A stretch of DNA of 64,000 nucleotides. Origin: an uncultured Christensenella sp. (GTDB lineage Bacteria > Bacillota > Clostridia > Christensenellales > UBA1242). How positions within the stretch are numbered: position 1 is the stretch's first letter; the number at the start of each line of letters is the position of its first letter. The notes beneath the pieces are model-generated. The model searched no databases. It had not been told where the DNA came from and worked only from the letters and a program-made list of their open reading frames with translations. The DNA lies in the NCBI GenBank assembly GCA_964434145.1, contig CAYSUG010000001.1:22933-86932 (forward strand). Direction: 5' to 3'. Both the position numbers and the translations under genes were made by a program. Below are positions 47,839-58,584 of this stretch, piece after piece.

Positions 47839-48507
47839 CTATTTTTCTCCTCTAACAACACTTACAATAACATCCGCTACTTCCTCTGCAGTAAGATCGT
47901 CAGAATTAATATACTTAGCATCAGGTACAATTATTAACGGCGAAATAGCTCTGGACTTGTCCCTATTATCCCGCTCATCTATTTCTCGTTTGATTCTGTC
48001 AAAATCTGCCATAGTTAAATTATCTTTATTCTTTGGATCATTGATACGCCTAATTGCTCTATTGTCCGAAGATGCATCCAGATAGAATTTGAATTCAGCA
48101 TCTGGCAAGACCTCGCTAGTAATATCTCTTCCTTCCATTATAACGCTATATTTCTTTGCAATATTACGCTGAATATCTATGATATGCTCCCTAACCTTAG
48201 GGTAAGCAGAGCTAACAGAAGACACATCGCTAACTGCCATGGTATATAGATCGTCTGTAACATCTACCTTATTCAGAATTACCCTCTGAACCCCTTCATC
48301 AAAGTCCAGATCTACATTGATGCCAGGTAAAGCAGCCACAACTGCAGCCTCGTTCTTAGCGTCAATATTATTTTGTATAAGGTATAGGCCAATAGCTCTA
48401 TACAGTGCACCAGTATTTAGGTGCAACAATCCTAATTTGTCTGCAACTATGTCGCTGACCGTACTCTTTCCTGCCCCACTAGGCCCATCTAATGCAATTG
48501 TTATCAT
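47839..48507 (-). CDS. cmk: cytidylate kinase
   Basis: IALDGPSGAGKST...LNTGALYRA. Confidence 0.9.
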   Translation of the reverse strand: MITIALDGPSGAGKSTVSDIVADKLGLLHLNTGALYRAIGLYLIQNNIDAKNEAAVVAALPGINVDLDFDEGVQRVILNKVDVTDDLYTMAVSDVSSVSSAYPKVREHIIDIQRNIAKKYSVIMEGRDITSEVLPDAEFKFYLDASSDNRAIRRINDPKNKDNLTMADFDRIKREIDERDNRDKSRAISPLIIVPDAKYINSDDLTAEEVADVIVSVVRGEK

Positions 48508-49214
48508 AACAACCCTCCCAAAAATATTTTTTCTAAATCTTTATTTGTTAACAATTTGTATTTTCCTATCTTTAGATCTCCCAACTTAAGATTCCCTATT
48601 GATATTCGCTTTAAAGCAACTACATTGTGACCAATAGAATCGAACATTTTTCTAATCTGCCTATTTCTTCCCTCGAATATAGTTATGGTGCGAAGGTATC
48701 CGCCCGCCACCTTGCCATCATCTCCAATCCTAGCCGGCAGAGTAGTAAAATCGCCTAAATTAACACCTTTTTCTAACTTTTTTTTATCATCCGCACTCAA
48801 TATCTTGTTCGTAATTATCTCATAAGTCTTAGCAATATGCTTGCTAGGATGAATGACACTATTTGCAAAATCTCCATCATTGGTTAGGATAATTAATCCT
48901 TCAGTTTCATAGTCCAGTCTACCTACTGGAAAAACCTTTGGTGTAGACGGAACATAATCTACAATTAATTTCCTGCCATGACCATCACTACAAGATGTAA
49001 GCACCCCCTTGGGTTTATTAAGAGCATAATATACTTTGCTTTCTGTTATGCGAACTTCCTTGTTAAGATATTCTACAACATCATTATCGGTTATATCAGT
49101 AGCCAGATCTCTAACAATACTACTGTTGACCTTAATAACGCCACTTGTAACCAATTCTTCTACTTTTCTTCTACTGCCCAAGCCTGCCGCAGCCAAAAAC
49201 TTATTAATTCTCAT
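48504..49214 (-). CDS. RsuA/RluB-family pseudouridine synthase
   Basis: S4 domain N-terminus (MRINKFLAAAGLGSRRKVEELV) and the catalytic GRLDYETEGL motif. Confidence 0.85.
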   Translation of the reverse strand: MRINKFLAAAGLGSRRKVEELVTSGVIKVNSSIVRDLATDITDNDVVEYLNKEVRITESKVYYALNKPKGVLTSCSDGHGRKLIVDYVPSTPKVFPVGRLDYETEGLIILTNDGDFANSVIHPSKHIAKTYEIITNKILSADDKKKLEKGVNLGDFTTLPARIGDDGKVAGGYLRTITIFEGRNRQIRKMFDSIGHNVVALKRISIGNLKLGDLKIGKYKLLTNKDLEKIFLGGLL

Positions 49215-49302
49215 ACTTATATATTACAATAAATGAAATTTTTCTCATAACAAATACGAGGTAAATTTTCTAAAAACAGCAAGAAAAAAGTGGTAAAGCA
49301 TT

Positions 49303-50433
49303 CTACCACTTCTCAATAATATCATTTAAAATATGCTTGATATCTATATTTCTTGTAGAATCAATTGCATATAAATTGTCTTCAAATACAACTTCGTCAC
49401 CATTGTACACATAGACTTTACCTAACACAGAATTAAGTTCGACCGGAGCCTCGACAGAAGCTGGGATATCATACTTGACACTATATGCGTCTCTATCAGA
49501 CTTTCTAATAGTGGCACTATATTCCTTGATCGTAACGATACTAATCTTGTTCTTCTCCCCGCCAGTCACATTGACATCACTGACATAAGAATATGGTGTT
49601 ACGAATTGGACAATCTCATATTCTTCTAATGCCATATTTGTTAGCCTCTTGCATTCATCAAACATTGGACCACAATTAAGTACAACACTAATAATCCTCA
49701 TTCCATTCTCTTCATGGGCATTGACTAGACATCTGCCAGCATTGTCTGTGAACCCAGTCTTGACCCCAACACAGCCATCCATACTAAATAGCAGTTTATT
49801 CTTATGCTTCAGATATCTCTCGTCGGACTTGTTTGTTGGCTCAAGTACAGCACGCTTAGTTCCAGCAATCTCTCTGAAGGTCTCATTGTCTAGAGCATAA
49901 TCAGTTATCATTGCTAGGTCATACGCAGAGGTGTAATGTGTATCACTGTCCAACCCATGAGGATTGTCAAAATGAGTGTTGCTAAGACCTAATCTATCTG
50001 GCAAGACATTCATCATGTTCATAAAATTATCATAGCCAAAATATTCTGCAATAGCTACAGCACAATCATTGCCGCTTGCCAGCATCAATCCTAGTAGCAG
50101 GTCACGCATAGACATCTCCTCACCAGATTGCAGATATATACTAGTGCCTTCAATTCCCACAGCCCGATCCGATACAACGAACTTAGTATCCAAATCCTCG
50201 CAATTCTCTATTGCAACAATAGCGGTAGCAATCTTCGTCGTGCTAGCCATAGGCAAGCGCATATCCGCATTGCAAGCGTATAGAACAGTATCGGTCATTC
50301 CGTCTATAGTCACCATTCCACTAGCACTACAACCAATCTCTGTATCCGCATAGACTGCATTGGTATTTGTCATAAACACTGTGATTATTGCCAGCAATAA
50401 TAATATAATTGGCATAAATTTACTTTTTGTCAT
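49303..50433 (-). CDS. D-alanyl-D-alanine carboxypeptidase (S11, DacB/DacF-like)
   Basis: Signal peptide plus STTK, SGND and KTGFT motifs. Start assigned at MTKSKF. Confidence 0.85.
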   Translation of the reverse strand: MTKSKFMPIILLLLAIITVFMTNTNAVYADTEIGCSASGMVTIDGMTDTVLYACNADMRLPMASTTKIATAIVAIENCEDLDTKFVVSDRAVGIEGTSIYLQSGEEMSMRDLLLGLMLASGNDCAVAIAEYFGYDNFMNMMNVLPDRLGLSNTHFDNPHGLDSDTHYTSAYDLAMITDYALDNETFREIAGTKRAVLEPTNKSDERYLKHKNKLLFSMDGCVGVKTGFTDNAGRCLVNAHEENGMRIISVVLNCGPMFDECKRLTNMALEEYEIVQFVTPYSYVSDVNVTGGEKNKISIVTIKEYSATIRKSDRDAYSVKYDIPASVEAPVELNSVLGKVYVYNGDEVVFEDNLYAIDSTRNIDIKHILNDIIEKW

Positions 50434-50803
50434 GTTTTCCCTCCGATCTTCCCATAGCATTAAGGACAATATTCTCTACCTTGTTAACGATATCATAATA
50501 TGGCACACTGTCGCCTAGCGGGATATATTTAACATCCTCAGCAACTACACTCAAGATTCCTATCGGTGTATAGCAAAGGCCTGTACCAGAGCCTCCAGCA
50601 TAGTTATCAATCTTGGCAGCTCTTATTTTGTCTTTGCCAACATCACATCCACCGGAAACAAGCCCCAAGGTCATCTTGCATATAGGAATGATTGTGACCA
50701 CGTCATTTATCTTCATTGGTGATCCAATAATTGTGTCAACATCAATTATATCTTTGATATTCTTAATAGTACTAGATATTAAATTGTCTAAATTTTTTTC
50801 CAT
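50420..50803 (-). CDS. ytfJ: GerW/YtfJ-family sporulation protein
   Basis: The segment DVDTIIGSPMKINDVVTIIPICKMTLGLVSGG is typical of YtfJ. Confidence 0.75.
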   Translation of the reverse strand: MEKNLDNLISSTIKNIKDIIDVDTIIGSPMKINDVVTIIPICKMTLGLVSGGCDVGKDKIRAAKIDNYAGGSGTGLCYTPIGILSVVAEDVKYIPLGDSVPYYDIVNKVENIVLNAMGRSEGKHDKK

Positions 50804-51344
50804 TCTTCTTCCTCTCAAAGATTGTTTTTACGACAGCCCAAGCAAGGTCTATAATACTAATCACAATTGTCGTATCTAGAAATACAACTATCTTACTTCC
50901 ATCAAATCCTGTCACTATATTACTTGTCACATCTATATCCCTCTGCCACCTACATAGTCTGAACCTCATGATAGATAAGATCAGTAATATTGTAGAACTA
51001 ACGAGGCTGGCTATTGCAGGGTTATCCAATATAATGATGCCATTGATATCCAGTTTGCTAATATACACCCTGTGCACCAAGTTATCTTTTAACACTTCTA
51101 GAAAGTGAATATTGGCTGCGTTAATCTCGAACTTCAGCGACTTTGCCTTTTTCTTGATTCTGGAGAAATTAAGTGCGTTACCTTCTATCTTCAGTTTTAC
51201 TCTAGCAATAGGCAACACCTTAAACAATCTAATGAATAGTATTCCATCATTAGCTGTTACGTCATATTGCAGATTGAAATCAAATAGGAATCCTATGACA
51301 CCTAAGTATATGAATATTCCAAGTATAATGAGAAACCAATCCAT
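50772..51344 (-). CDS. DUF2953 (YtfI-like) protein
   Basis: N-terminal TM. It lies directly upstream of ytfJ, as in the Bacillus ytfI-ytfJ arrangement. Confidence 0.5.
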   Translation of the reverse strand: MDWFLIILGIFIYLGVIGFLFDFNLQYDVTANDGILFIRLFKVLPIARVKLKIEGNALNFSRIKKKAKSLKFEINAANIHFLEVLKDNLVHRVYISKLDINGIIILDNPAIASLVSSTILLILSIMRFRLCRWQRDIDVTSNIVTGFDGSKIVVFLDTTIVISIIDLAWAVVKTIFERKKNGKKFRQFNI

Positions 51345-51479
51345 ACAATTATTTTTAGCAAAAATGATATAACTATGTAAAAAAAAATCTCTACCTAAAT
51401 AACTGGTAGAGAAATATATATAAAATGAGTTCAAAACTATTATATATCTATGTTAGCGATGTTGACATTATGCTATTTG

Positions 51480-52625
51480 TTACATATTATCTACATCTTT
51501 CAAATAATTCTTGTATCTAGTAAACGAGCTATCTTGCATTGACTTGATCAATGCATCCAGATTCTTTTTTTCCTCTTTTGTCATTGATTTTGGGCTTTCT
51601 GCTACTAGAGTAACTAAGATATCGCCGTATGCACTCCTATTTAGGTGTTTGATACCTTTACCTTTTAGCTTGAATATTGTACCGGATTGAGTCAGCTCTG
51701 GAATCTTCAGCGTGGTAGTTCCTTCTAACAGTGGCAATTCCAACTCACCACCCTTTAGCAAGATATAGAACGGAACATAGATCTTCAGCTTAATATCATA
51801 GCCGTCTCTCTCAAACAATTTGTGTTCTTTGATATTAACTATGATATGTAGGTCACCATTAGCACCACCCCGAGATCCTGCGTTACCGCTGCCTCTAACC
51901 GTGATAACTTGGTGATTCTCGATACCGGCAGGGATATTGATAGAAATAGTCTTATTAACCTTCTTCACACCACTGCCACCACAATCGGAGCACTTCGTTC
52001 TAATATTCTTGCCAGTACCATTACATTCCTTACATATCCCTTGTCTGACAACTCTGCCAAATAATGTCGTCTCTGTATAACTGACTACTCCGCTACCATT
52101 ACAGGTCGAGCATGTAGTATAGTCGCTGCCACCTTTTGCTCCAGTGCCTTTGCAAGACGAGCAAGTATCTACCCTAGTAATTCCAATGTCTTTCTTGCAG
52201 CCCAGTGCAGCCTCTACAAATGTAAGGTTAACTTGGACCTGGATATCTTGTCCCTTGATAGCTGTCTGAGTTCTACCAGACGACCTACCGCCACCAAAAC
52301 CACCGCCAAACATACTGAAGATATCATCGAAGTTAAATCCACCAAAATCCCCACTAGAGAATCCGCCAAAACCACCAGCATTGCCGCCACCACCAAAGAA
52401 ATTAGCACCATTAGGGTCGCCATATTGGTCATAATTACTTCGTTTAGTCTTGTCTGACAACACCTCATATGCCTCATTGACTTCTTTAAATTTCTCTGGG
52501 GCATCGGCATCTTTGTTGATATCTGGGTGATATTTCTTCGCCATTCTTCTATATGCGGACTTTATCTCATCATCGCTAGCGGTTTTGTCTACACCCAACG
52601 TCTCGTAATAATTCTTTTTTGCCAT
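51480..52625 (-). CDS. dnaJ: molecular chaperone DnaJ
   Basis: J domain with HPD, a G/F region, and four CxxCxGxG zinc-finger motifs. Confidence 0.95.
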   Translation of the reverse strand: MAKKNYYETLGVDKTASDDEIKSAYRRMAKKYHPDINKDADAPEKFKEVNEAYEVLSDKTKRSNYDQYGDPNGANFFGGGGNAGGFGGFSSGDFGGFNFDDIFSMFGGGFGGGRSSGRTQTAIKGQDIQVQVNLTFVEAALGCKKDIGITRVDTCSSCKGTGAKGGSDYTTCSTCNGSGVVSYTETTLFGRVVRQGICKECNGTGKNIRTKCSDCGGSGVKKVNKTISINIPAGIENHQVITVRGSGNAGSRGGANGDLHIIVNIKEHKLFERDGYDIKLKIYVPFYILLKGGELELPLLEGTTTLKIPELTQSGTIFKLKGKGIKHLNRSAYGDILVTLVAESPKSMTKEEKKNLDALIKSMQDSSFTRYKNYLKDVDNM

Positions 52626-52700
52626 TATTATTCCTTTATATCAAAAATTTGGTCAAGCATACCGCAAATTAATACAGTATGCTTGATTCAAAATATTAAA

Positions 52701-54527
52701 TTACTTAGTCTCTGGATCCTCTACGACAATGTCTTCTGGTTTTACTGTTTCTGTATCGCCATTATCACCAGTTTGCTTTGCAGCCTCCGCTGCTTGTTGA
52801 TACAACTTTGTTATAATAGGCTCGTTCTCCTTGGATAATGTATCTATAGCCTTTCTTATAACCTCTACATCATCAGACTTAAAGTCTTCTTTTGCCTTTT
52901 CAATTGCTTTTTCTAACTTTTCCTTGTCTGCGGCATCAATCTTGTCACCATTGTCTCTGATCATTTTCTCTAGAGCAAATACTAAGTTGTCTGCATCATT
53001 TCTGTGCTGAACCAATTCTTTTCTCTTCTTATCTTCCTCTGCATGAGCCTCAGCCTCTTTGACAGCCTTGTCTATATCTGCTTCATTTAGATTGGATGAT
53101 GCAGTAATTGTGATGCTCTGAGCCTTGTTAGTGCCTAGATCTTTTGCACTAACAGATACGATACCGTTGGCGTCAATATCGAATGTAACCTCTATCTGAG
53201 GGATGCCTCTAGGTGCTGGTGGGATATCGTTCAATTGGAATCTACCCAATGTCTTGTTATCAGCGGCAAATTCTCTCTCACCTTGTAATACATGGATATC
53301 TACACCTGGCTGATTGTCTACAGCTGTAGAGAATACTTGGGATTTCTTAGTAGGTATAGTAGTATTTCTCTCAATCAGTTTAGTAAATACTCCACCCAAT
53401 GTTTCTATTCCAAGAGATAGTGGTGTTACATCTAGCAGCAATACATCCTTAACATCTCCAGCTAGTACTCCGCCTTGGATAGCAGCACCCAATGCAACAC
53501 ACTCATCTGGGTTAATGCCCTTGAATGGCTCCTTACCAGTCTCTTTCTTCACAGCAGCTACAACAGCTGGAATTCTGGTAGATCCACCTACCAATAATAC
53601 TTTGTCTACGTTAGCATATGTTAACTTAGCATCCTTCATAGCAGTCTGCATCTTCTTGATAGTCTTCTGTACTAGATATTCTGTAATATCATCAAACTTA
53701 GCACGAGATAGATCGTACTCTAGGTGCTTTGGACCAGTAGCATCTGCTGTAATAAATGGCAGATTGATAGTAGTCTTGGTTGTAGCAGATAGATCTATTT
53801 TTGCCTTCTCTGCAGCTTCTTTTAATCTCTGCATTGCTAGTTTGTCACCAGCAAGATCTATGCCATTAGTCTTCTTGAAATCATCTAGAAGCAACTTCAT
53901 AATCTCGTTATCGAAGTCGTCACCACCTAGAAGATTGTCACCAGCTGTAGCAAGAACCTCGAACACGCCATCACCGATCTCAAGGATTGATACATCGAAT
54001 GTACCACCACCTAGGTCATATACAAGTATCTTCTGATTCTTGTTCTCGCCCTTGTCTAGTCCGTATGCCAGAGATGCAGCTGTAGGTTCGTTGATTATTC
54101 TTAATACCTCTAGTCCAGCTATCTTTCCAGCATCTTTTGTGGCTTGTCTCTGACTATCAGAGAAGTATGCAGGAACAGTAATTACTGCCTGAGTAACCTT
54201 TTCGCCAAGATATGCCTCAGCATCGTTTTTTAACTTGGTCAATATCATTGCAGATATCTCTTGAGGAGTATATGCCTTGTCACCGATAGTTACCTTTTTG
54301 CTAGTTCCCATATCTCTTTTGATAGATATGATTGTCTTGTCTGGATTAGCAACAGCTTGTCTCTTTGCAACCTGTCCCACCAATCTCTCACCGTCTTTGT
54401 TAAATCCTACTACGCTAGGTGTAGTTCTGTCGCCTTCTGCATTAGTTATAACTACTGGCTCTCCACCTTCCATTACTGCTACACAACTATTTGTTGTACC
54501 TAAATCAATTCCTATTATTTTACTCAT
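52701..54527 (-). CDS. dnaK: molecular chaperone DnaK
   Basis: [18 protein letters not shown] and other full-length Hsp70 motifs. Confidence 0.97.
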   Translation of the reverse strand: MSKIIGIDLGTTNSCVAVMEGGEPVVITNAEGDRTTPSVVGFNKDGERLVGQVAKRQAVANPDKTIISIKRDMGTSKKVTIGDKAYTPQEISAMILTKLKNDAEAYLGEKVTQAVITVPAYFSDSQRQATKDAGKIAGLEVLRIINEPTAASLAYGLDKGENKNQKILVYDLGGGTFDVSILEIGDGVFEVLATAGDNLLGGDDFDNEIMKLLLDDFKKTNGIDLAGDKLAMQRLKEAAEKAKIDLSATTKTTINLPFITADATGPKHLEYDLSRAKFDDITEYLVQKTIKKMQTAMKDAKLTYANVDKVLLVGGSTRIPAVVAAVKKETGKEPFKGINPDECVALGAAIQGGVLAGDVKDVLLLDVTPLSLGIETLGGVFTKLIERNTTIPTKKSQVFSTAVDNQPGVDIHVLQGEREFAADNKTLGRFQLNDIPPAPRGIPQIEVTFDIDANGIVSVSAKDLGTNKAQSITITASSNLNEADIDKAVKEAEAHAEEDKKRKELVQHRNDADNLVFALEKMIRDNGDKIDAADKEKLEKAIEKAKEDFKSDDVEVIRKAIDTLSKENEPIITKLYQQAAEAAKQTGDNGDTETVKPEDIVVEDPETK

Positions 54528-54572
54528 TATTTTATATCTCCTTTTTTTTAATTACCTTTTTCATTCTACCTA

Positions 54573-55142
54573 CTAGTCTAATTTGTTAACCTTAACAGTT
54601 GATGGTCTTATAACTTTACCATTCATTACAAAACCCGCTTGATATTCTTCTAGTATTGTATCATTAGGATACGACTCATCCTTACCTACTAGAACTGCAT
54701 TATGATAATTAGGATCAAATACCTTACCTAGACAATCTATCCTCTCTACATTTAGACTATTTAGTGCTGTCATTAATTGGTTATATATTAGATCCACACC
54801 GCTTAATACAGCAGCATCTGTTATATTTGCCTTTGCTTGATTAAAACTATCAATAACTGGCAGCAAAGTTGTTACTGCATTGACAACACCATTGTTATAA
54901 CTAGTGCTAGCCACATCTGCGTTTCGCCTCTTGTAGTTCTCGAATTCTGCCTTGATCCTCTGCGCTAATTCCAAGTATTCTGCGGCCTTATCTTCCTTGC
55001 ACCCACAGCTATTCTTATCTTCTGCACAGCTACACTCCATGCCTTCTTCCATACAACCACAATTATTCTCTGGCGTGCACTTGCATTCATCGCCACAATT
55101 GCATTTCTTCTTATCTTTTTCCTTTACTTCCTTTTCCTTCAT
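54573..55142 (-). CDS. grpE: nucleotide exchange factor GrpE with a Cys-rich N-terminal extension
   Basis: The GrpE core runs from LELAQRIKAEFENYKRR onward. The N-terminal ~45 aa contain 10 Cys in CxC/CxxxC arrays. Confidence 0.9.
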   Translation of the reverse strand: MKEKEVKEKDKKKCNCGDECKCTPENNCGCMEEGMECSCAEDKNSCGCKEDKAAEYLELAQRIKAEFENYKRRNADVASTSYNNGVVNAVTTLLPVIDSFNQAKANITDAAVLSGVDLIYNQLMTALNSLNVERIDCLGKVFDPNYHNAVLVGKDESYPNDTILEEYQAGFVMNGKVIRPSTVKVNKLD

Positions 55143-55145
55143 AGC

Positions 55146-56225
55146 CTAGCTATCGCCCCCTTTGTCATTATCTCTCATATCTTCATTGATCTCATCGGTA
55201 ATATATTTCAACACGGACGCTATCCTTGCATAATCCATTCGTTCTGGTCCTAATACTCCAATGCTGGCAACAATACCATCAGATAGGCTGTAATTTGCCT
55301 TGATTATACTGAATTCATTCAAATCCTCGCTATTGTTCTCATCACCTATCGAGAATACCACCTCACTATTATCTGTCGCATCGATATTATCCATTATCTT
55401 CACGATTTCGTCTTTGTTCTCGATCACATTCAATAACCTCTTTGCCGAGTCAATATCTTTGTATTCTGGTGTACCAAGCAGCTTCGTTGTATTACCCCTC
55501 TTGTAACTACTAGTCTTATTAAGAGCAAAATCCTTCAATATCTGAGTCAAACTAGTGAATAGATCCTGAAAATAGTCTAATTCTTTTTTAAACAATTCAC
55601 TAAAGTTAGAATAATTCTCTATTACATCCTTTATCTTCTTATTTGCCAGATGTGTAGTTAAGAACTTGCTAGCATCTTTGCAATTATCCTCTGTAATATC
55701 CGACTTCAGAGGAATAGTATTATTAATAATTCCCGCACTAGTCTTGATCAGCATCAGTGCCTCGCCAGTAATAATAGGGATAATGTTAATTGCATCTATT
55801 GTCAGAGACTTGTAATTGGTCAGCTGTACAAATGTAGGATACTCTACCATCTCGCTAACTCTCTCTGCAATGCCGTCCAAGAAATCCTTCAGATTGGATG
55901 TTCTTTTTAAGAACTTCTCCTCAACCTTAGCGATATTCTCTACATTCAGTGCATTGTTATTAAGAATTGTGTCTACATAGTATCTATATGCCTTAGTTGT
56001 AGGCACTCTGCCACCACTGACGTGCAACTGCCTAAGATATCCCATCTCCTCTAGTGCATTAAGCTCATTTCTTAATGTTGCACTAGACAGTGTCGAGAAT
56101 ATATTGGTCTGCACCTTCTCGCTAGTGATTGGCGATGCATTCTCTATGTAATTCTCTACAGCATTCAACAGCAATTGTTTCTTTCTATCATTTAGCTGGA
56201 ATCCTTGCAACTCTCTATCTTTCAC
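55146..56225 (-). CDS. hrcA: heat-inducible transcription repressor HrcA
   Basis: Winged-helix N-terminus (LNDRKKQLLLNAVENYIENASPITSEKV), first gene of the hrcA-grpE-dnaK-dnaJ operon. Confidence 0.9.
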   Translation of the reverse strand: MKDRELQGFQLNDRKKQLLLNAVENYIENASPITSEKVQTNIFSTLSSATLRNELNALEEMGYLRQLHVSGGRVPTTKAYRYYVDTILNNNALNVENIAKVEEKFLKRTSNLKDFLDGIAERVSEMVEYPTFVQLTNYKSLTIDAINIIPIITGEALMLIKTSAGIINNTIPLKSDITEDNCKDASKFLTTHLANKKIKDVIENYSNFSELFKKELDYFQDLFTSLTQILKDFALNKTSSYKRGNTTKLLGTPEYKDIDSAKRLLNVIENKDEIVKIMDNIDATDNSEVVFSIGDENNSEDLNEFSIIKANYSLSDGIVASIGVLGPERMDYARIASVLKYITDEINEDMRDNDKGGDS

Positions 56226-56260
56226 ATTACCACCTTTTTAGCAATAATATTTTTTATCTG

Positions 56261-56287
56261 TTAGCACTCTTTAACTTTCAGTGCTAA
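56261..56287 (-). promoter_or_regulatory. CIRCE operator (HrcA binding site)
   Basis: TTAGCACTC-n9-CAGTGCTAA, one mismatch to the consensus TTAGCACTC-N9-GAGTGCTAA, 36 nt upstream of hrcA. Confidence 0.9.
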
Positions 56288-56481
56288 ATAGATTATATGA
56301 TTATTCTAGCCATATGTCAACACATTTATGACAAATTTTAGTAAAAAGTTGAAAAAATTTTTGCAAACTAATTATATTAATAATAAATATATACAACAGA
56401 GATTTTCATTAGAAATGAGTCTAATTTTATACATTTTAAGACAAAAAAATAGACGCTACAAAGTAGCACCTATTTCTTATA

Positions 56482-57684
56482 TTACTTTTTCAAAACCTTT
56501 CTATACATTGATTCTAGTTCCACTGCATTCTTCAAGACTGGCACTGGGTACAGAGGATTGCCTTCGGCATCCGCCTTTGCTGCAAGAGAAGGAATATCTT
56601 CTTCTTTTAAATTTTCGACAACCTTCGGAATGTTCATCTCCTCATTTAACATTTTTACCCAGCCTATGAAGGCTTTTGCAGCGATCTCTCTATCCTCACC
56701 CATTTCACACAAATGCAGCATTTTAGCCAATTTCTCCAATTTTTTGTAGATAACCTTGCCATAATCCTCCAAGAAGTATGGTAGTAATATTGCATTTGCA
56801 AGACCATGCGGAACACCATACTTGCCACCAAGTGAATGTGCCACAGCGTGAACATAACCCACATACGACCTAGTGAATGCTATTCCAGCCATATACGACG
56901 CTCTTAACATATTAGCCCTAGCATCCTTATTCTTGCCGTCATTGTATGCTTTTAGCAGATTGCCATGAATCAGCTTGATACTCTCTTCTGCCTTTGACCT
57001 GGTATATCTGGTCGTACTGCGACCGATATATGCCTCTACTGCATGGGTCAGCGCATCTAGGCCAGTTGTTGAAGTTAGGTGTGGTGGCAACCCAATGGTT
57101 GTCTTATAGTCCAACACCGCATATCTAGGAATTAGGCTGAAGTCATTAATTGGATACTTGTGATGAGTCTTCTCATCCGTAATCACTGCAGCCAGAGTTA
57201 CCTCGCTACCAGTACCTGCTGTGGTAGGGACCGCTATAAGTAACGGCAATTTTTTACATATCTTCAAGAGTCCCTTCATCTTCTTCACACTTTTTCTTGG
57301 CTTTGCTACCCTAGCCCCAATAACCTTGGCACAATCCATGACCGAGCCACCGCCAAATGCAATAATCGCCTCGCAATTTTTTTCCCTATACTCCGCCAAT
57401 CCTTCTTCTATATTGGCAATAGTAGGATTAGGAATTACTCTATCAAAAACAGCCAAATTAAAGCCGTTTTTTATTAAATCATCTTCTAGCTCTTTTGTTA
57501 GTCCCAGACCCCTAACACCAGCGTCGGTCACCAGCATTACATTATGAATATTTTTCTCTCTTAGAATATCCTTGACATCAATGACAGACTCCAATATTTG
57601 GGGCTCTCTATATGGCATTAGTGGCAACACTAGTCTAAATACCCCTTGATACAGCCTACACCAGAATTTTTTAAATATATTCAT
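56482..57684 (-). CDS. iron-containing alcohol dehydrogenase
   Basis: GGGSVMDCAK plus the His cluster HAVAHSLGGKYGVPHG. Confidence 0.85.
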   Translation of the reverse strand: MNIFKKFWCRLYQGVFRLVLPLMPYREPQILESVIDVKDILREKNIHNVMLVTDAGVRGLGLTKELEDDLIKNGFNLAVFDRVIPNPTIANIEEGLAEYREKNCEAIIAFGGGSVMDCAKVIGARVAKPRKSVKKMKGLLKICKKLPLLIAVPTTAGTGSEVTLAAVITDEKTHHKYPINDFSLIPRYAVLDYKTTIGLPPHLTSTTGLDALTHAVEAYIGRSTTRYTRSKAEESIKLIHGNLLKAYNDGKNKDARANMLRASYMAGIAFTRSYVGYVHAVAHSLGGKYGVPHGLANAILLPYFLEDYGKVIYKKLEKLAKMLHLCEMGEDREIAAKAFIGWVKMLNEEMNIPKVVENLKEEDIPSLAAKADAEGNPLYPVPVLKNAVELESMYRKVLKK

Positions 57685-58388
57685 TATCTTTCCTCCGTCA
57701 TTCTAGATGAATAATATATGGATGATGCCAGCAAAACTTCTGCTGGATAATAAAATGCCAAACACAACATATCAAATATAATCCCTAATCCACCAAATAC
57801 ATTGAATAACAAGAACAGATCTGACAAGAAGAACATTAAACTGCCGACAAAAATAAGCCATTTTGCCAATCTTGACACATCTTTTCTCCACAGATTACTA
57901 ATACTTTTGCCAAGCATTAGGCTAATAATCAATGCATACACGATAACAACTATTTGCATTATCCCTTCGAAATGGAAATCATATAATAATATAACTAATA
58001 ACGAAATCAAGAATATTGCTGCCGCAATAACCAAATCACGCCAATTTAGCCTAGCAAGCTGCATATATGCCACAAAGAAGAATATGTGTCCTACAGCAAA
58101 CAACCCCGCTCCTACTATAAATAATTCTGGCGGAATAAGCAATATATCTCCTAACATTGCAAAAATAAGACCTATCATCATAAGAATCGAAAATCTCTTA
58201 TATTTAGGATCGGCAAAGCCCACCTTGTAAGCAAAAAACAGATTAATTGCACCACCTAGTACAAACAATGCACTAGTAATCGTCTTGAACACCCACGCAT
58301 TTCCAACAAGTGCATATACGACATCAAATGCAACCACCAATGCGGCAAATATAATATTAAATATTTGAATCTTTTTCTCTTTTGTCAT
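57684..58388 (-). CDS. YhhN-like (lysoplasmalogenase family) membrane protein
   Basis: 234 aa with about 8 TM segments. The family call is tentative. Confidence 0.45.
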   Translation of the reverse strand: MTKEKKIQIFNIIFAALVVAFDVVYALVGNAWVFKTITSALFVLGGAINLFFAYKVGFADPKYKRFSILMMIGLIFAMLGDILLIPPELFIVGAGLFAVGHIFFFVAYMQLARLNWRDLVIAAAIFLISLLVILLYDFHFEGIMQIVVIVYALIISLMLGKSISNLWRKDVSRLAKWLIFVGSLMFFLSDLFLLFNVFGGLGIIFDMLCLAFYYPAEVLLASSIYYSSRMTEER

Positions 58389-58584
58389 AATAATCCCCCT
58401 TCTGTATTACTACAATAATAACACAATATCGCAATATTATATAACAAAACTTGTTGATTTTTCAAAAACTAAAACACTCATTATTTTTTGTCAGTTAAAA
58501 ATATCAAATGTAATTTAATTGACAATAAAACAAGTTATGTTTTAAACTTATCACAAAGAGTTATTAAATTTTTCGAGGTGTATC

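Noticed and set aside
52626-52700. Hairpin TCAAGCATAC...GTATGCTTGA between dnaK and dnaJ as a regulatory RNA
   Set aside because: The position and following T-stretch fit an ordinary partial terminator or mRNA-stabilising hairpin, common in dnaK operons. Nothing further distinguishes it.
53314-54036. 240-aa ORF antisense to dnaK
   Set aside because: This is the classic long antisense frame produced by dnaK codon usage. It has no RBS and a Ser/Pro/Leu-rich nonsense composition. The same reasoning applies to 8103..8615 (antisense to der), 12474..12995 and 13060..13670 (antisense to topo B), 38348..38767, 16854..17123 and 34883..35365.
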